A stretch of DNA of 64,000 bases, taken from Octopus vulgaris (lineage: Eukaryota). Shown here one piece after another: positions 62,445-64,000 of this stretch. Numbering within the stretch: position 1 is the first letter of the stretch; every line of letters begins with the position of its first letter. The notes below the pieces were generated by a model, which did no database searches, was not told the origin of the DNA, and saw only the letters and a program-made list of their open reading frames with translations. The DNA is taken from contig OX597816.1 of the NCBI GenBank assembly GCA_951406725.2, forward strand, positions 54,746,001-54,810,000, in the 5' to 3' direction. Both the position numbers and the translations under genes were made by a program.

Positions 62445-62968
62445 ATATAATATGTGACAATTTTTCGGTTGCCGTAATAAGACTCTGAATTTCGGATGTC
62501 GGGGCGTAAATCTGCTCCGTCATCTCGTCAGTTATCGAGGCAAGTAAATTACTTTGTAAATGACCGTTATTAAGACAAAAGAGCTATTAGAATGACTGTT
62601 AAATACGGGGAAAAACCGAAGGGGAGAAGGTAAAAGGTGAAGAAGTAAAAATTCTCATAGCGATCGCGTATGCGCCCATAGACATACACATGCGCGCACG
62701 CACACCCATGTACATGTGCCTATATGCATATGCTCACTCACACTCACGTGAAACACTCGCTTCTACACCCACATATATGCAACCATACACATTTACATAT
62801 ACATGTACATATGCACACACACAGACGGGCACAAAAATTCATATATACGTCTATATACTCACATGCACAAGAAAAATGCAGGATGAAAGGTAAAATACAG
62901 AAAAATGTGTAAAAATACATAAAGCAAAAAATATAAAAATATATCTATAAATATATAAAAAATATGTA

Positions 62969-62970
<2 letters not shown>
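62441..62970 (-). mobile_element. Solo pLTR related to the PLE at 24695-26239, hammerhead at 62476-62536
   Basis: Colinear similarity (AATATGTGACA..TCGGT..AAGACTCTGAATTTCGGATG..CATCTCGTCAGTTATC); minus strand GATAA CTGACGA GATG..CATC C GAAAT TCAGA GTC TTATT; (TA)n on both sides. Confidence 0.72.
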
Positions 62971-63000
<30 letters not shown>

Positions 63001-63003
<3 letters not shown>

Positions 63004-63166
63004 TTCAGCAAAATTTAGATTCAAATGAATATGGTACTTAAGTTAGATGCACCAGAATTTTGTATGGTGTTATCGATATAAATCCATGGGGTGATTATAA
63101 TCAAAATAAGCAACAAGAATAACTTCGGTAATTTAGAAGTTACTCTTGTTGCTTATTTTGATTATA
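63001..63166. repeat. Small fold-back insert in (TA)n (31-bp arms 63096-63126 / 63136-63166)
   Basis: TATAATCAAAATAAGCAACAAGAATAACTTC mirrored by GAAGTTACTCTTGTTGCTTATTTTGATTATA. Confidence 0.85.
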
Positions 63167-63174
63167 TATATATA

Positions 63175-63262
<88 letters not shown>

Positions 63263-63922
63263 ATAAAGAGATAAAAAGCTTGTACGTGGACACAATATAC
63301 GATTCAGGTTCTATCTGGGAACTTGGTGGGTGGGCAAAAACGTAAGAAATATTTAGCCATATATATATATAGGAAAAAAGTCAAGGTAGAAAAGGTTAAA
63401 ATAATTTTATAAAAAAAATTTCAGCACCGATTTCGCTCATTGAAACTTTTTCAATTCTAAGTATGGAAAACAATTAAATTTTCGAAAAATTAAATGAAAA
63501 GTTTTTTAAAAGAATATTTGCATAGTATTCAAATACAATGGGTAATTTCCTTGTTTCTGCCTATCTCTGTCTCTCTTGTTTACTCTTGTCGTATATATGT
63601 ACGTATGTATGTATGTATGTATGTATGTATGTATGTATGTATGTATGTATGTATGTATGTATGTATGTATCTATCTATCTATCTATCTATCTCCACTGTC
63701 CTGGAATCTCACCCCCAAAAACAGCAACATAAAAACGATGTTCTGCTCTTCCAAACAAAACAAAAATATACCTCACCTATATAAATAAGCTAACTGTTTG
63801 CATATTCACAAATCTATTTCATAAGTTCGAAGACGAACGGAATCGTTAATAGTAATAATAATGACTAAATAAAAAATTATTTTTCCAAAATAATTCTGGT
63901 GACGTCCACTTCTATCTCTTTC

Positions 63923-64000
<78 letters not shown>

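Overview
AT-rich, microsatellite-dense eukaryotic DNA. The SINE and LINE repertoire suggests an octopod cephalopod, which is an inference. No host protein-coding exon could be supported; most short ORFs are translated microsatellites or antisense of transposons. The window is essentially a transposable-element landscape. DNA transposons: a Chapaev3-like relic, a MULE relic, and two mariners, one full length with TIRs and a TA duplication. Non-LTR elements: many R4/Dong-type (REL) and RTE-type fragments, several CR1/L2-group LINEs, a Tx1/L1-type LINE in (TCTA)n, and several tRNA-derived SINE families. There is also a Penelope-like element (PLE) with RT thumb and C-terminal GIY-YIG. The most striking signal is non-coding. 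Three unrelated tandem-repeat families (units about 483, 363 and 362 bp) lie in (TA)n at 33.6-38.6 kb. Every complete unit carries a type I hammerhead ribozyme, one family with a U3-A8 core swap. All three have the same divergent inverted-arm architecture as the PLE and circularly permuted ends. They look like retrozyme-type, possibly circular-RNA-producing, non-autonomous elements mobilised by a (TA)n-targeting PLE. I could fold 11 hammerhead motifs by eye, plus several degenerate ones.
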